Source: Azolla caroliniana
Taxonomy: Eukaryota > Plantae > Polypodiophyta
Direction of reading: 5' to 3'
DNA length: 64,000 nucleotides
NCBI GenBank assembly: GCA_043228905.1
Contig: JBHGNT010000009.1
Location: 3,162,001 to 3,226,000 of the forward strand
Shown: piece after piece, positions 23,008 through 37,500 of the stretch
Numbering within the stretch: position 1 is the stretch's first letter
Layout of the letters: the number at the start of each line of letters is the position of its first letter
Program-made: the position numbers and the translations under genes
Notes under the pieces: model-generated
The model's input: only the letters and a program-made list of their open reading frames with translations
Told to the model about the DNA's origin: nothing
Database searches by the model: none

Positions 23008-24987
23008 AAGAGACTCTTTAGAATCAAATGTGTTACACAAAACATGATTTTACCCAACTCTCTTTCTATTTTTTATCATAATTAACTTACCCTGTGGCAA
23101 GTAGTTAAAGACTACTAAATCTAGGTCCTTGCTTAAAGGCTTGATGTCCTAGCACGCCTCTTTATTATACCACACATGTTTTTCTTAATTTACTACATGT
23201 CATTGTGAAATGTTCAATTGGTAGGGTTTGAACATATTACCTGCTAGTCTTCACCAAACAACCTTATCAATTCAGCTATATCGATCTAGACCAATACCCA
23301 AAAAGCCTACTAATAGTTGTAAGGGAACCTTCCTAAGAATGATGACACTGAAAGTAGGGAATGTGTTCAAGATGTGCTCAAATGCTAGTTCATGATTTAA
23401 AGCATTGGACAACCTTATCAATTTATCTCAACTTGTTCATCAACACCCAAAACAACCGCCAACCGCTTGTAAGTAGAGGAGTGAACCTTTCTAAGAGTGA
23501 CGACGATTGAAATTAGGGAAGTTGTTCAAGAGTGTGCTCAAATGCTAGCCCATGTTTTGATGCACTACTTTTGACAAGTTGCACCAATCACACACCTTCA
23601 AAAACCAAGCAAGCAAAACATTTCATTCAAAATAAGATATAATGTATATAGTTTCACCCCAATTTTTACATGTGACACAAAGTTGTACAATTTTCAATAT
23701 TTTCATAAATGTATTTGTATAGACCTATGGGTTGCCTGGAGCTAAAAAGAAGGAAAGGTGTATAATTTATGCAAGGAAATCAAATAAACAATGAAAATGA
23801 AAAGGTAAACTACTTTGGCTTATTTGATGGTGTAGACATCGTTACGAAAAGTGCAACCTAGCAAGTGAGCAATAAACTCTAAATTATAATTACTCTTGTG
23901 ACGATCACATGCGGGATACTTATCTCTATTTTAAATGTAAAAGTTGTTGTATCAAGTGATGATGCTACCTTTGCCAATGACCAAGTTTTTATGTCTCTTC
24001 AGGGTGTGATATATGCCCCACTTCCCTAGCTTCTTCCACATTTTGTCATATTTTGGCCACTTTTGTGTGCTTTTTCATGAATTGACATATGAAAGGAAAA
24101 AGACTATGGTACTCACCACCTTGCAAGTTTCTTTTAGTCATGTGTATATATGCATTTTGTGAACAAGTGGGACCTTGGCTTCAGTTTGTTCCGGCTGAGA
24201 AGAACGTATGTTGCATTAAAATGAAGTGGTACACTCTCATAAACACTTATTGCCTTATTGATCTTGCATTTCTATGAATAGATCCAAATTACTACATGCA
24301 ATTTCAAAATAGTTTTACCCACTATAGAGTATTGTAATAATTCGATGCATTGAAGTGATTTTTTACCACAACTTATCATTTCAAACATATTATGTTGAAA
24401 TGCTATATTACATTTTTAAATATTGTATGCAGTTCAAATTTGTGGTTCATGTTTTTTAAAGATTATTCATTTCTAGTTCAAATTGCTCATAGTTTATATC
24501 ACCACAATATATGCTCAACATCATTTCCTATGAGTTGAAACAAAACTAAGATACACAAATACTCTTCCACACGATGGCAATGGTTGATTTTAATTGATGA
24601 ACATGCCAAAGAAATTTCAATTATATTTCCATTATATAATTAATATAATGTACATAGTACAATGCATTAAGTAACATTATAAATGACTTTTAAATGTTGA
24701 ATAACAAAGAATGATTGTTAGTGCATGTGCAAGATTTGAAGCTTGTTTATAACGTTTGGAAGATAGGCAAAATTCCATTCAAATTTGTCATTAGTATACT
24801 TCAAAAACTCATGTCTCATTAATTAGTGTTCCTTGCCACTTAATTAATGATAACTCCCTCCAAAGATTCTTTCTGAGAATGATGGATTGCTCTAAATTTT
24901 TCATGGGACAAGAAAACTCAAAGCCTTCGTGGAAATAAGAAGTAGATTAAGAAAGGAATGAAGTGTGAAATCTCAAAAAGGTATGAG

Positions 24988-25412
24988 TAGCAGTCGGCAA
25001 CCGAACTGAACCGAACCTCAAAACCGCAGTTTAACGATTTAAACGGTTCGGTCCAGTTTCAGTTCGGTTTTAACAGTTAGAAACCGCGGGTTAATGGTTT
25101 TGCTTTGTTTTTTTACAATTTTTAATTTTTAATTGTTTTCTTAAGCAATCTTTTCATGTTCAAACCTTATTCTCACATTTTAGGAAAATCTTTAAATTTT
25201 TGAAAATTTAAAATAATGAAATATTTTAAATTTTAAAATTTGAATTTTGACCTACGTTGAAAACCGCCAAACCACAAAACTGTGGTTTTTATCGTTTAAC
25301 AATTTGAAAAAAAAATTAACGGTTTTGTGGTTCAGTTCGGTTCAAGTTTCAAAAATTTTTAATGGTTCGGTTTTAACACTCTCAAACCGAACCGAACCGT
25401 TGCCAATTGTTA
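24988..25412. mobile_element. Non-autonomous hAT-type MITE
   Basis: Imperfect 14-bp TIR (TAGCAGTCGGCAAC / GTTGCCAATTGTTA). 8-bp TSD GGTATGAG / TGTATGAG. Many AACCG/CGGTT subterminal motifs. Confidence 0.8.
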
Positions 25413-28386
25413 TGTATGAGCTTCGTCTCGCACAAGTGTAGGAGGAATGCCTAACAATTATAATTTCTTGTTTTGGAGTTGCGTCATACATGCATTAAGT
25501 GTAATTCCTAGTAAGCTCCAACAATAAATGGCCACAACCATTGGAGAACCACACCAAGAGGTAAATAGTGCAACATGCATCTAGTTAACATGGAGAACAA
25601 GTTAATGAAAGAAGATCAAATCATTATCGGGTGTTTTTACTTCTTGTGGTTGTATAAATTGAAATTCATCACGAAGGACGCAATGTGAATAAGGTATTTC
25701 TACCAACATTAGGTAGTTAAACAAACAATTTATATGGACATATATGATATGCTATTTTAGATTTGTATATGTTATATAGCTAAAATTTGATAATAAAGTG
25801 GGTAGTTTCAAGGGTGATTGTTTCATGTAGTGAGTAAACTCTAGGATGCTAAAATCTTCCATATGACAAGAACGTATCATTAACAATCCAAAGCCTTCCC
25901 ATTCATTTGGGAATGGCGGAGATAATTTCTTAACATGTGCAAAATTTGTGCATGAGGATACATGTGCAAATTTTGTGCCTAAGTATGCATTCATACATGT
26001 TTCTAACATTGCAACATTCAATGTCCAAATTCCGTAGAATACCTATATCACCATATGTCGTATATCATGTATATATGTATGTGAAGCACCTCATAACGAC
26101 CCCAAACTCACTAAATCAGACAATGGGTGACACAATAAATATGAAAGGCAAAATGGAGAGGAACTAAGAGAGGGCACATAGTAGAGTTTGCTAGAGGGTA
26201 GTTGAATGAAATGTAGGTAGCAATGAATGGAAGAAAGCTAAGTTGGAAGGTTTAGTAGGATGTATGCAAATATTGAATAGTTGAGAAAATACCCACGTGC
26301 TCCTCTTGACTCTATGTGGAAACAAAATATCAATACATAAAGGGACCAATATTTAGATATTAATGCTTTTGCAACTTGTGCGCGTCATACTTATGATTTA
26401 ATGCAAATCATCCCTGTTCTTTTTGTCTTCCCCCTAGCCAATCTTAATTTCCTTCAGTAATTCTATATCACTTGTAGTTTATCGCAGTTACTAGAACTCA
26501 ACACCAAGTAGCCATCGAAACACCTCTTTTTTTACCCACTCAATATGTAAATGCCTAGTCAAGCATCTTTTGCCTGTGTTTTTTAACAGAAACATGTTTT
26601 ATTAACCTAAAATCTAGCGTTGCTTTGAAATCACACACACACACAAAATACGAGTTGACATAAGTGCAAATCATTATGGAATCTAAGAATTTCATATAAA
26701 GATTTAGCTGATAAAAATACATTGTGCCTCAAGCTTGGTCTCCATGAGCTTGCTTAAAGGAGAGTAATCAAGGTCCAATGTATGACATATTTCAAGAGGA
26801 ATTTGGTTCTTAGAAAGTACAATTTAATCAGCCAATAGAATATCTCCGCTTCTCCAAACAACATAGTTAAGTAATGGTGGGACACCATTCATTTCAACAA
26901 CTTGTCATATGCATGATCTTCAATTTAATACTTAAATATGAAAATTTTGGAGTAATTTTCTAAGCTCAAACAATATGAGATATTGGACAACAAAATGGGT
27001 GAACAAACCTCAATCATGAGAAAATAATACACTCACTTTAATTTGCACATTCTCACAGAGATAAAATAATAATATAAAGCTTGAATTAGATGTGGGCAAT
27101 AAATGTTTATGTATGAATTATGTGGAGAGACATAGAGGTGAGGACATTGTCACAATAAGTACAAGCTAACCATGCTACTATACATATTTACGAAATGTCG
27201 CTTTCATATTTAGGCAAAAGTGGGCATGACAATATAAAGTGGGTCAATTATGAGGAAGGCCATTAGTTAGCCACCATTGTCCAATGGCATGAATAAGCGT
27301 CAACAAAAGTATGCTACAAACGACAAGTTTGATGGATTTTGGGTATGGAGATAGTATATGAGAGAACAATTTGAAGGGTGGTTCCACCGGCGCGGGATGG
27401 GTGTTGTACCTCATAGTTTTCTTATTGGCTAACGTTCTGTGTGCAAATGTCCACCATCTTTGAAGTTTGGTTGTAACTTGGCCATTGTTTGGGAGCATAA
27501 TATGGATACACTATGAATAACAAAGCATAACAAGAACGGGTATTTGAACTACAAATCATGCTTTTGTGTCCACCATAGGTTCATGATAGCTTTGGTGCCA
27601 CAATAACTACAACTAATTCTTGTGATCCTTCGATACCTCCATTTCCGTGCCACAATATCAATATATTTATGTGGTGGAAAACCTTAACTTCGTATAATAT
27701 CTTGTGATTGCCAAGACATGACATTGTTAATAGGGTAAAAACATGAACTTCTGCTAAGTTTTGCCCAACAATTTAAAGGTAGGTAGGTAGTCTGTAGTTA
27801 ATATGTTGGCATATTTAGACCATGTTAAAAGTTGGGGATATACCCCTTGATGGAAACATGTCATCCAATGCCAAATCATCACCAATTTAAAACCCATTTT
27901 TTGTGTGGCTTGGCAAAAGAGATACCTTTCTACATCACAAATTCATGCATTTACGCATTGTGATTCGTCTCATGTTTAGTTCAAGGTGAGTCTAAGAGGG
28001 ATTCGTTTCAATGGAAAAATGTATTCAATCCACATAGCCATGCATATATATCCTACCTCCTTGACTCAGCACATATTGATTGGTTAAAAGAATATATATC
28101 TCAGAAGCACCCCATGGGGTACTAGTCGAGACTACGTTCCAAGTACTGTAGGCCATGGTGGGGTAGTTCCTTGAGAGGGGGGGGGCACTGTAAAACAAGT
28201 AATAAATGAAAACAAAATCACCCTTTTTGGACTAGACCCATGGGAACCTTTATATAGTAAGATGAGTTGGAAAACTTTTTAGTGTATGTATAATATATAT
28301 ATAAACATATGTTTGTATAAAGTGTGCAAAATTAACTAAATCTCATGTCAACTTAAGTCTTGGAACTAGAGGTTGAACAACCAAAC

Positions 28387-29274
28387 ATGGATACTAGTGA
28401 TCATTATTATAACCCAAATGAGGAGGAGCAAGATGAAGATGAACAGGAGCTCGAAGAAGAAGAGGATGTAGAAGAGGAGGACAATGACAATGACGACAAC
28501 GAAGAAGAAGAAGAAGAAGCTAGAAATTCGATGACCCCAAGTGAAAGCACAAGGCATCGGCACCACCCAAAGGCCACGAGGACCGCTCTTAGTACAGGCA
28601 CAGCACGAACCGCTCTCGCTATCACGGAGGCGGTGCCGGCGTACAAGGGAGTCCGGCGGAGGAGCTGGGGGAAATGGGTGTCCGAGATCCGGGAGCCCGG
28701 GAAGAAGACGAGGATCTGGCTGGGCTCATTCCCAACGGCCGAGATGGCGGCACGGGCATATGACACTGCCACTCTCGCCCTACGGCCCAACACGCCCACC
28801 GCCACTCTCAATTTCCCGAGCCTCGCCCCTCACTTGCCTCGCCCCGCCTCCCTCTCCGCCCGTCACATCCAACAAGCCGCAGCCGCGGCAGCAGCCGGTA
28901 AAACTATCCTTCATTCTTCTTCTTCTACTCCTCCTCCTCCTCCTACTACTACTACTATTACTACTTCCACTCCTACTCCATCCTCTTCTAAATCTAACTC
29001 CAACTCCAACTCTAACTCTAACTCTAACTCTAACTCTAACTCTAACTCTAACTCTAATGCCAATTCCAATCTCAGCTTCATGTGCAGCCCCTCCAGCCCC
29101 CCTGCTCACTGTTATATTTATGATCATATGATCAATAATATTGATCCTTTGTGTAATTACATCCAATGTGAATCCCCACATTACATTCACTCTAACTTAG
29201 TATACCCTCCCGATCCTACTCCGCCAAGTAGCCTTCACCAAGGCCTCGACTGGAGCATTTCTCTCTGGGATTAG
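28387..29274 (+). CDS. AP2/ERF transcription factor, DREB A-4/TINY-like, intronless
   Basis: AP2 domain [41 protein letters not shown] with V14/E19, followed by LNFP...[20 protein letters not shown]. Acidic N-terminus and C-terminal LWD. First ATG at 28387. Confidence 0.93.
   Translation: MDTSDHYYNPNEEEQDEDEQELEEEEDVEEEDNDNDDNEEEEEEARNSMTPSESTRHRHHPKATRTALSTGTARTALAITEAVPAYKGVRRRSWGKWVSEIREPGKKTRIWLGSFPTAEMAARAYDTATLALRPNTPTATLNFPSLAPHLPRPASLSARHIQQAAAAAAAGKTILHSSSSTPPPPPTTTTITTSTPTPSSSKSNSNSNSNSNSNSNSNSNSNSNANSNLSFMCSPSSPPAHCYIYDHMINNIDPLCNYIQCESPHYIHSNLVYPPDPTPPSSLHQGLDWSISLWD
28987..29070 (+). repeat. (TCTAAC)n coding microsatellite (Ser-Asn repeat)
   Basis: Run of TCTAAC/TCCAAC units in the ERF ORF, preceded by (TCT), (CCT) and (ACT) triplet runs. 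Confidence 0.9.
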
Positions 29275-32200
29275 ATCCACCCCGATCTGGATCGAATTGA
29301 TCCGATCATATGTTGTTGTCATTTTTCTGTAAAGGATTCCAACATATGGAAATCAAGCTCCCCTCCCCCTTCATAATTCATGTCAATAAGGAAGAATTTT
29401 ATGTGCAGCGAATATAAATTGTGTACCGATATTGTTCGTCTTGAATTGAAATGTGATAGTAGATTCATTTGTAAGATAAGATAGATCTTTCTTTCCTTTT
29501 CTGTTGGAGCATCATATCGAATAATAACGATATCGCTGTGTTACAAAAAATGATTCAGCACACATAGATGCGGGAACTCGCTCAGGCATACATGGGCCAC
29601 CATGCCGACAAGATCTTCAAGCTGCAGAAAAGCATACCATGCTTAGAAATCTTTTTAACCAGGAAACCATTATACCCGTCCCACCTCTGTGGGCCACAAC
29701 TTAACTTTCTGCTCCGACTAGATCGTGAGATTCAGATCTCAGTTCCAATCAATTTCATATTACATCGAAAGTTAGCAGCACAGTAATATGTCGAGAGGTA
29801 GTGATCGAGAGCGGTTTTGCAGTGCATGATCCTCTGAAGAATCTGCAAACATCCACATTATGCATTTAAAATCTCTTCAGCTTGATCCGAGTCCTTCACA
29901 TTCTTCCATTGAAGCTATGAGCTCAACACCTTGGTCACATTCTGATCGTCAATCCATCATTGGGTTGTTAGATCTTTGCTTACATGGTGTTAACAAAAGA
30001 AAGAAATACGTTGTTTGCCTCTCTTGATGAGCCACATGATTTGGGGCCCCATAGCTCAAGTCTAAGTATCTATGCCAATGAGCACGCGGTTTAATCCTAA
30101 TCTAATCGGCTTCGTTGAAAGGTTTCAATCTCTCCATTCGAGGGGAGGTGGGTGTGTCACGCTAGAATGTGCCTCTACACTCGAGAGAGAGTTTTCCCGA
30201 GTGGGCGAGTGGGAGAGCTTATGTTCCACATCTCGAACAACTCTGATCAATCATCGTTTCCCATCTTTGTCTATGTTTCAGCCCAATTCGTAGACCATGG
30301 GATGGATACCTTTAACTTATGTGATGCCTCTAAGAGATAACTTCAATGTTGGGACCATTGGCCCCTTCTACCTACTGGATTGCACCTCCAAACATTCGTA
30401 AATCAAGAGTTAGTACATCTTGTGATATGTCAAAAACACATGTCAAATCTACACCTATTGTGACAAATCCACTACCTACACTCAAACTAATCATTTGTCA
30501 TTATAGCATTTCATTAGCTCATGCTCGGTCACTACCAAACAAAATGATCATACTAAGTTATTCACTCATTTTATTGTGTGTGTATGAGTCATGCTACCAC
30601 ATTGAAACCTAGATAGAACTTCAACCACTAGAATCACTACATGAACTTGTATGGCAAACCTCCAAATTTTTTCAATAATCTTATTAGGAACGGTCTAGCA
30701 TTGATTTCAAAATGTGTTACCTTTTCACAAAGTCGAATTTTGTATCCCAACAAAGGCATGGGTTCAAGAAGATCAAGTTGATTGATGATATAATTATGAA
30801 ATTAATCTATAGGAGAAAGTAAGTAGCAATCTAGATTGGAAGAACATGGTGTATAGTTCAATTTATTTGTATCCCGACTATTGAGTGTCCATTGTGATTA
30901 AATATGATTTAACTTTGGGTTGTTACAAGTCACAAATAAAGTTTTAGTTAACCTTTTATAACTCTTGATTATTGTGTTCCCCAACATTCACTTGAATATA
31001 ATATTGTTTGCACTAGTGAAACTTTGGAAAACTAAGCAATCAATCGTATATGACAATGGTTTGTTTAGTTCGATAACTTGTGTGTGTATTCTAGAAACTG
31101 ATAAGCAAGTTTGTAAATTGCACAAACTCATGTACCATCCACATGTATTTCAACTAACATCACTAAATAATATTGCTACATGTGTTGTTGCCTACTTGTT
31201 ATACAATGAAAATGAATACAACGTGTGGTACTTTATAATGTCATCTGTTATTTATTTGAACAATTTAAGCTCAATTCTGATGTTGATGTACTATCAAACC
31301 CGTAATGTCAAATAATTGGAGTTACATGTAAGAATAATAAGGAAACATTATTACAAAGTTACCTATCAAATGTGGTGCTACCTTCGAAGGTCGAACATAG
31401 GGTATTTGGGAGCTAGAAATGGCCATTCCAAATGACATGTGTCAAGTGGTGTGCAACTGACAGAGGTCTTTCGAGGAATTAATTACGTTTGTTTTACGTT
31501 CTCATCTGGCATGAAGAGCTATGCATGGCGAATCAAATAAAGCATTTGAGAAGAAAGGTAAAGTAGAGGCAACATTTAAACCAATTTGTTACCTATATAC
31601 CTCATCTTTTCAATTCCATGACCTCACAAGATGTCAAAAGTATATAAATGCCTTATAATTATGCCTTCAAGTGAAATCATATGGATCATAATAACCAATT
31701 TTGACTACTAGTTGGGGATACATGTTGAGGCTCAGTTACTTCCATCAGTTTTCATTTATTTACTTGTACTAGAAATACGAGCTTGTCCTTTAGGAATCAC
31801 ATTGTACGTAAAATTTCTATTCGCTCATAGCATAAATAAACGATTACCTTTTAGATACAACATTATAAAGAGAATAACTATATTGTGCCATATTAATTAT
31901 CATTAGCACAAGACGAGAGCCAAACAAGGAGAAGATAGACTCAATGTGTATCATATTCATCAAATGGGTACCTTAAAGCATCACAACATTGATAATGTAG
32001 GAAACTTCTATTGTCCTAAGGAAATTCCCTCGCCTTGGGTATGTCCATGTTCCATTGGCAACTTATCTTGGTAGACATGCAACACCAACCAACTATTAAA
32101 GCACGCCAAGATCAAGGAAGCCTAAGCCACTATACAATGGACAATTACCTTGTCCTAGATATAGATATCTACCGATCAATTACCTCATGGGTGGGTTATT

Positions 32201-34569
32201 GTGACACCATTCCCTTTCAAAATATTCATCCCTCTTTTTTAGGTAGACTTACATCAACAAGAAAATGCTAGAAAATGCTATCACCCATCTCAAATATACA
32301 AAGTCAACTTAGTGTGAGCACAATCTATTGGAATGAAAACATGTGCGAGAATGAAAATTTCATGCATAACCATCAACTTGCTAACACCAACATGTAGGAT
32401 CCCTACAATGGTTGTTTTAGGAATTGAACCTGATACACACTAAAAGTCAAGGCATGAATCAACTAAATACGTCTTTGGACAATCATAAACCAGAAAAGGA
32501 TGCTTAGACTCTTCAATGGAATGTCTACGATTGTTATTGAAGTGGTTTGTGTTGGCAATGAAGAATGAGTATCAAACAAATAACCTAGGAGTGCTTTAAC
32601 CCCAATGATAGAATGCTGATTGTGATAGGATAGTATTTTTTCAGTTTTTGTGAATGGGCGTTGTGTGTGAAACAAGAGAAACTAGTGTAAATGTAGAGTG
32701 GACAAAACATATATTTAAGGAATAAAAAATCAAGTTGGGTATGAAGTAGACTATGTGAGTTCTTGTTGCTTCTACCTAAAGCCTCTTTAATTAACCTTTC
32801 GAATTTGATTGTTCATATCCATTAAAGAGCATTCATTAAATCAATTGAGGTAAGGTTTCACTATAGAGGCATTACTAGGTATATGATCTTCACTTTTTGG
32901 TTCTTTGAATACTATGTTTATACAACTATGGTACTCACACTTCCATTCTACTCTTAATCCAAGGATATTAACTATTACAAACTAATGTCTCAAGGGGGGG
33001 TTACTCCACTTAATTAATGACTAGCTATAGGATTGATAATGCCTCTCTTATTTAGTTGGCTCACCTGTGCATGGGATGAGACTTATCTACAACTTGGAGA
33101 AAGCCTATCCCACAACCTAGCCCTCTAGAACCCATCACTTATTAGCACTTATGCCAGTGCACATTGTATGAAAAACTAGCATGCTATGATATAGTTTTTG
33201 ATTGCTTAGTCTTAGGCCCCAATTTCTCATTGGACAAGCAATAACACTTGAATTTAAGTTATGAAGACTCAATTGTCCAAACAAGTGTGACATGGCCTCA
33301 AGGCAAATAGCTTTTGTAAGAGTACAAGAGTTACCTTCATGGCTCCTCTCATCATCTTGTCTCTACACTCTATAGAGCTTAAATTTTCTTTTGAGCTCTC
33401 TTACAATTTGATGATCGAACCCCAAAGGAGCAAGAATGGAGGCAAGCCTACACAACTAGAAAAGGAACTCAAAATGCATAGCAAGTGATGACCTATAGGC
33501 CTGCCCCAAGTTTAAAAATCATGTTATGGAACTGTAGAGGATGTCCATGGAACAAGTTCAAGTAAGTGTTAAGGCTCTCCCAAAGCCAAGACTCCTAGAG
33601 GTAGTGACATATGATTGTATAGGTTTTGGCCTTTTTCCCTTGTATTGGGGCCAATATTTGGAGTTAATACTTGCAATGTAATACATATAACAATCTTCAC
33701 ATTTTAGTGTCTTGTCTCTTCATCCCTATCCTTAGATCTCAATGATCACATACTTCATAGACCGAATGAAAGCTCCAATTGATCAATTACTCCTCATTTC
33801 TAGATATGTTGATTTGGTCCCATGGGTCAAAATTGGCCTCATCATGGACAAAACAATATCTTATCTATTATAGCTAACCATTGTGTAAGCTTAATTCATT
33901 AAAATAGTAATTATTAGTTCTCATACATATTGTCAGACTATTACATGAAGTCATTAAGCGTATAGTAGTTGAGTAAATATCTCTGACCTTGTGAATAAGT
34001 GTAAGGTCAATTTGCTTAAAACCAACATAGCCCCTCAAGGCTATGAGAAGCCCCGAAACCTACAAGAAGGAAGACAATGGAAAGACCCTAAATGACAACC
34101 TCAAAGGACACAGGCTGAACAAATTTCACGGCAACTTTTTAAGCAAAAAATTCAACTGTTTTACAGCCTTATTCAGCTGAACATCATAAATTCTTAATTT
34201 AATGAAGAGAAGACGAAGGCTGCACAACAGCTCTAATCCATCCTCTGAAGAGCATACAAAATACCTGGTACATCTTAGAAGGCACTAATGGGATACATGT
34301 GTACCACACAATTTCTTGAAAAAATGTTGAATCACTAGTGCAGTCCAAGGTATGTAAAACCAAATATTAAGGAATCTAGATACAATGGTTTAGTCTTATT
34401 TACTGAAAGCATTACCTTCATCATAAAGAATTATATCTGGCCATATTGGTGTTTCCTCCCAGCTCCTTGAAATCTCTCATAAAAGAAAAATAAGAAATAC
34501 AACTATCAAAACCTTTCGTGTAGATTGATGAGAGCGAATAAGTATATCTTGAGAAACATTAAAATGTCG

Positions 34570-37500
34570 TTAGTTTGTTGTTTTTCTTCCATCTTGATGA
34601 GCTTTAACCATCTGTTTAAACCGATGCCTTCTTAGAAATAGCTTCAGTCCAAAAATCCATTGTTTCTTTCTATGCTTCTTTCGTGGGGCTAATGGATCCC
34701 CTTTATCATTAGATTGACTGCCATTCATAACTTGAAATGGATTTTTACCAGCTTCCCCAGACATTTTCCTCCTTTTTGTATGCTGATAGAGACCTAAAAC
34801 ATTCTGCTCTGATATTTGCTTCTTTCTTACTTTCTTCATCTTCCCTTTATCACACGCTTTTGGCCTAACATCAAAACCATGGTGGATAGTTTAGGAAATT
34901 GTAAATTCAAACTTGCCAAAGACTTTTGAAAATATAAATGCAAATCTATGTCTCTACAATCTAGTAAGTTCACCATTCATCCAGCAAATGACTATTGTGA
35001 GTTGGTCTTTCTTCACTGAATTTTGGAAAGCACGTATCATTATTTTCTTTACATTCTTCTGCCTCATCCCATAGTGGTGCTGCACAATAACGCACTAAGT
35101 TTGAGGGCATTTGAAAACTGCAATTGTGAAGAGTAAACAAAGAACAGAAATATAGCAAGCATACCGGTTGCATCTAAACAACCAGCGCCACTATTGAGCA
35201 TTGGAATACCAGGTTTACATTTCAACTCACTGTCATGTCCTGATTTCTTCAGGAATTGAAGGTTCAACTCCGCAGGATCTGTGACTTCTGCAACATTCCC
35301 TTGGACACTTCTGGTCACACTAGCTTTAGTCGCAGCTGGGTCTGTAACTATGCCCATTTTGGATCCGGAGACATTCCCATTCATTTTTGGGGCCAAACAA
35401 TCAAATTCAGTTCCTCTTCGAGAATGATGATTCCCAACATCTGAACCAGAAGAAAGGTCTCTTTTGCTCTCACTATTCTGATCTCTCTCTATGCATTTTT
35501 CCTGAGACTTGCCTATAGGATCACCATCTCTGTTAGCTTTGGTGAACCCAATATCCATGCCCTTTCTGAAATGTTGTTTGCTAGAGGTTGCTCCTTCGCT
35601 TGGTATATATTTAAATGATGATGTTTCTTTTTTGCATTGCTTATTGTCAGCAATACAAGTAGATGAATTTCCATTCTCTTTGGCAGCCTCAATATCTATG
35701 CCCTTCGGTGCTGTCAGCATTCCTTCACTATTTTGATGTTTCGATGTCGATCTTTCCAGAGATTTGGTCACGGATATTCCATTTCCGTTCACTTTGGTGA
35801 CACCAAAATCTGTAGACTTCTGGTAGTCAATCATACCTGAAGAAGTCAATATTTTCACATCTCTTATGTAAAAAAGCATGTATGCCTTCTGATCAAGCAC
35901 CGTCTTTTCGCTCACTTGAGACACCTGGGATTATATTGACATGATGTATAAAATATAATAATCCAACAAAGCTCACAGTAAACGATATAAAACATTCAAC
36001 TCAAAACATGGAAATACCCGGCTGTCATCTAATACATGCCAAGTGTCTGCAGTTGTGCGTACAAAACAATAATAATGCCCTGAGTGAGTCGACCACCCAG
36101 AATGCACTAGGACAGCATATAATGAGTATCTTGATTCTGCAAGCTGCGTACCAAACCTACTCAATTAAGGCCAAAACAGAAAGGACTCAACTTCAGAAAA
36201 AATATGCACAATTAAATTACCTCTCCTCTATTCACATATGGCTTAATATCAAATGTTCTATCGAAGTGAACTTTTTTGTCAATTTTTCCACCAAACCCTC
36301 CAGAAGTACTAAACCGCTTTAATTGAATTGCTAGCACATGTGGTGCATGATCAATCGTAAATTGCTTGAAAGCTCTGACTTTCTTCTTGCATTTACTACA
36401 TTGATATTTGTTGTTTCCATCCAAGACTTCAACCGCTGTAAAACGGGTCAATGCCTTCTCTATAGACTCTGCTTTAACAATTTCCAGACTAAGGTCTAGA
36501 AAAGGGTCATATGTATTAGAACAATGGGAGCACTGAGTGCATTTCACCTGAAAAAGAAAAAAATAAGGAGCACATTGTTTATGTTCTATGATGGCTTGAC
36601 CCATAATTTACTACAAACAGTAACTTCTGCAAAAGCAAGCAACACAAATATTCATGCACACCACAAACATTCCGAATGTTGAGACTTGAAGCTAAATGAG
36701 GTCCAATTTCAATCATCATCAGGCACGTCAAACTCTATGCATAACCAATCTAAGTTCTCCCTCTGGATTTTGTGATGATGATGTATTGTGTGTAAATTTA
36801 TCATTTAGAAATCTCTTCTCTCAAAAACTAATTCCAGAAATCATGAACCCTAGCATTAAACTCTTGATTGTCTTTGAGAACAGAACACTTTATTAATGTT
36901 AATTGATCATGAACTGTCTTCATTTGAAGATCACTCCAAATCTCTGACTTCAATACGGAAAGGTATGCACCCTAAATCATAAACACCTTGATTTGCCCTA
37001 TGTTTCAGCATTGGTTTATAAATACCTGACTTCTAAGCCGACCTCCAAAGACTCTCTCAATATAGTTTTTGTGAGACGAGCCTGGAAAAGCTTCACGTGG
37101 GCAGCATTTTTGCAAAGCTTCAATTAAGTGGCGCATGTATTCATGAGCATCTTCTTGCCGCCACATCTGGAATGATCTGGAAATAGCTGCCGGATTTGAT
37201 CTGGTTAGAAAACCTCCAGCGTACCTTAAAAAACTACATGAAACAAAGAGAGTAAAATCTCCTACAGAACCCTAAAGTTTGAAGCAGAAGAGCTAAATTT
37301 GATTGAGTTACGAAAATCCCATGCTTATGATATTAAAAACTCCCAATATTAGGCCATAAGGGCCTCTTACAAATCTTAAAACATAAACAAATCTGATCCA
37401 GAAAAATGGAGAGCTTACCTCGCAAATTCTTCACTAGATGAGTTGGAGAGAGAACCCTTCCAGGTGCTGATGATAATGCTTGCTTTGCATGGTTTTCCAG

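Noticed and set aside
29540-33900. Possible coding or retroelement remnants between the ERF and UBP genes
   Set aside because: The frames I translated are short and stop-rich with no assignable motif, so no feature is supported.
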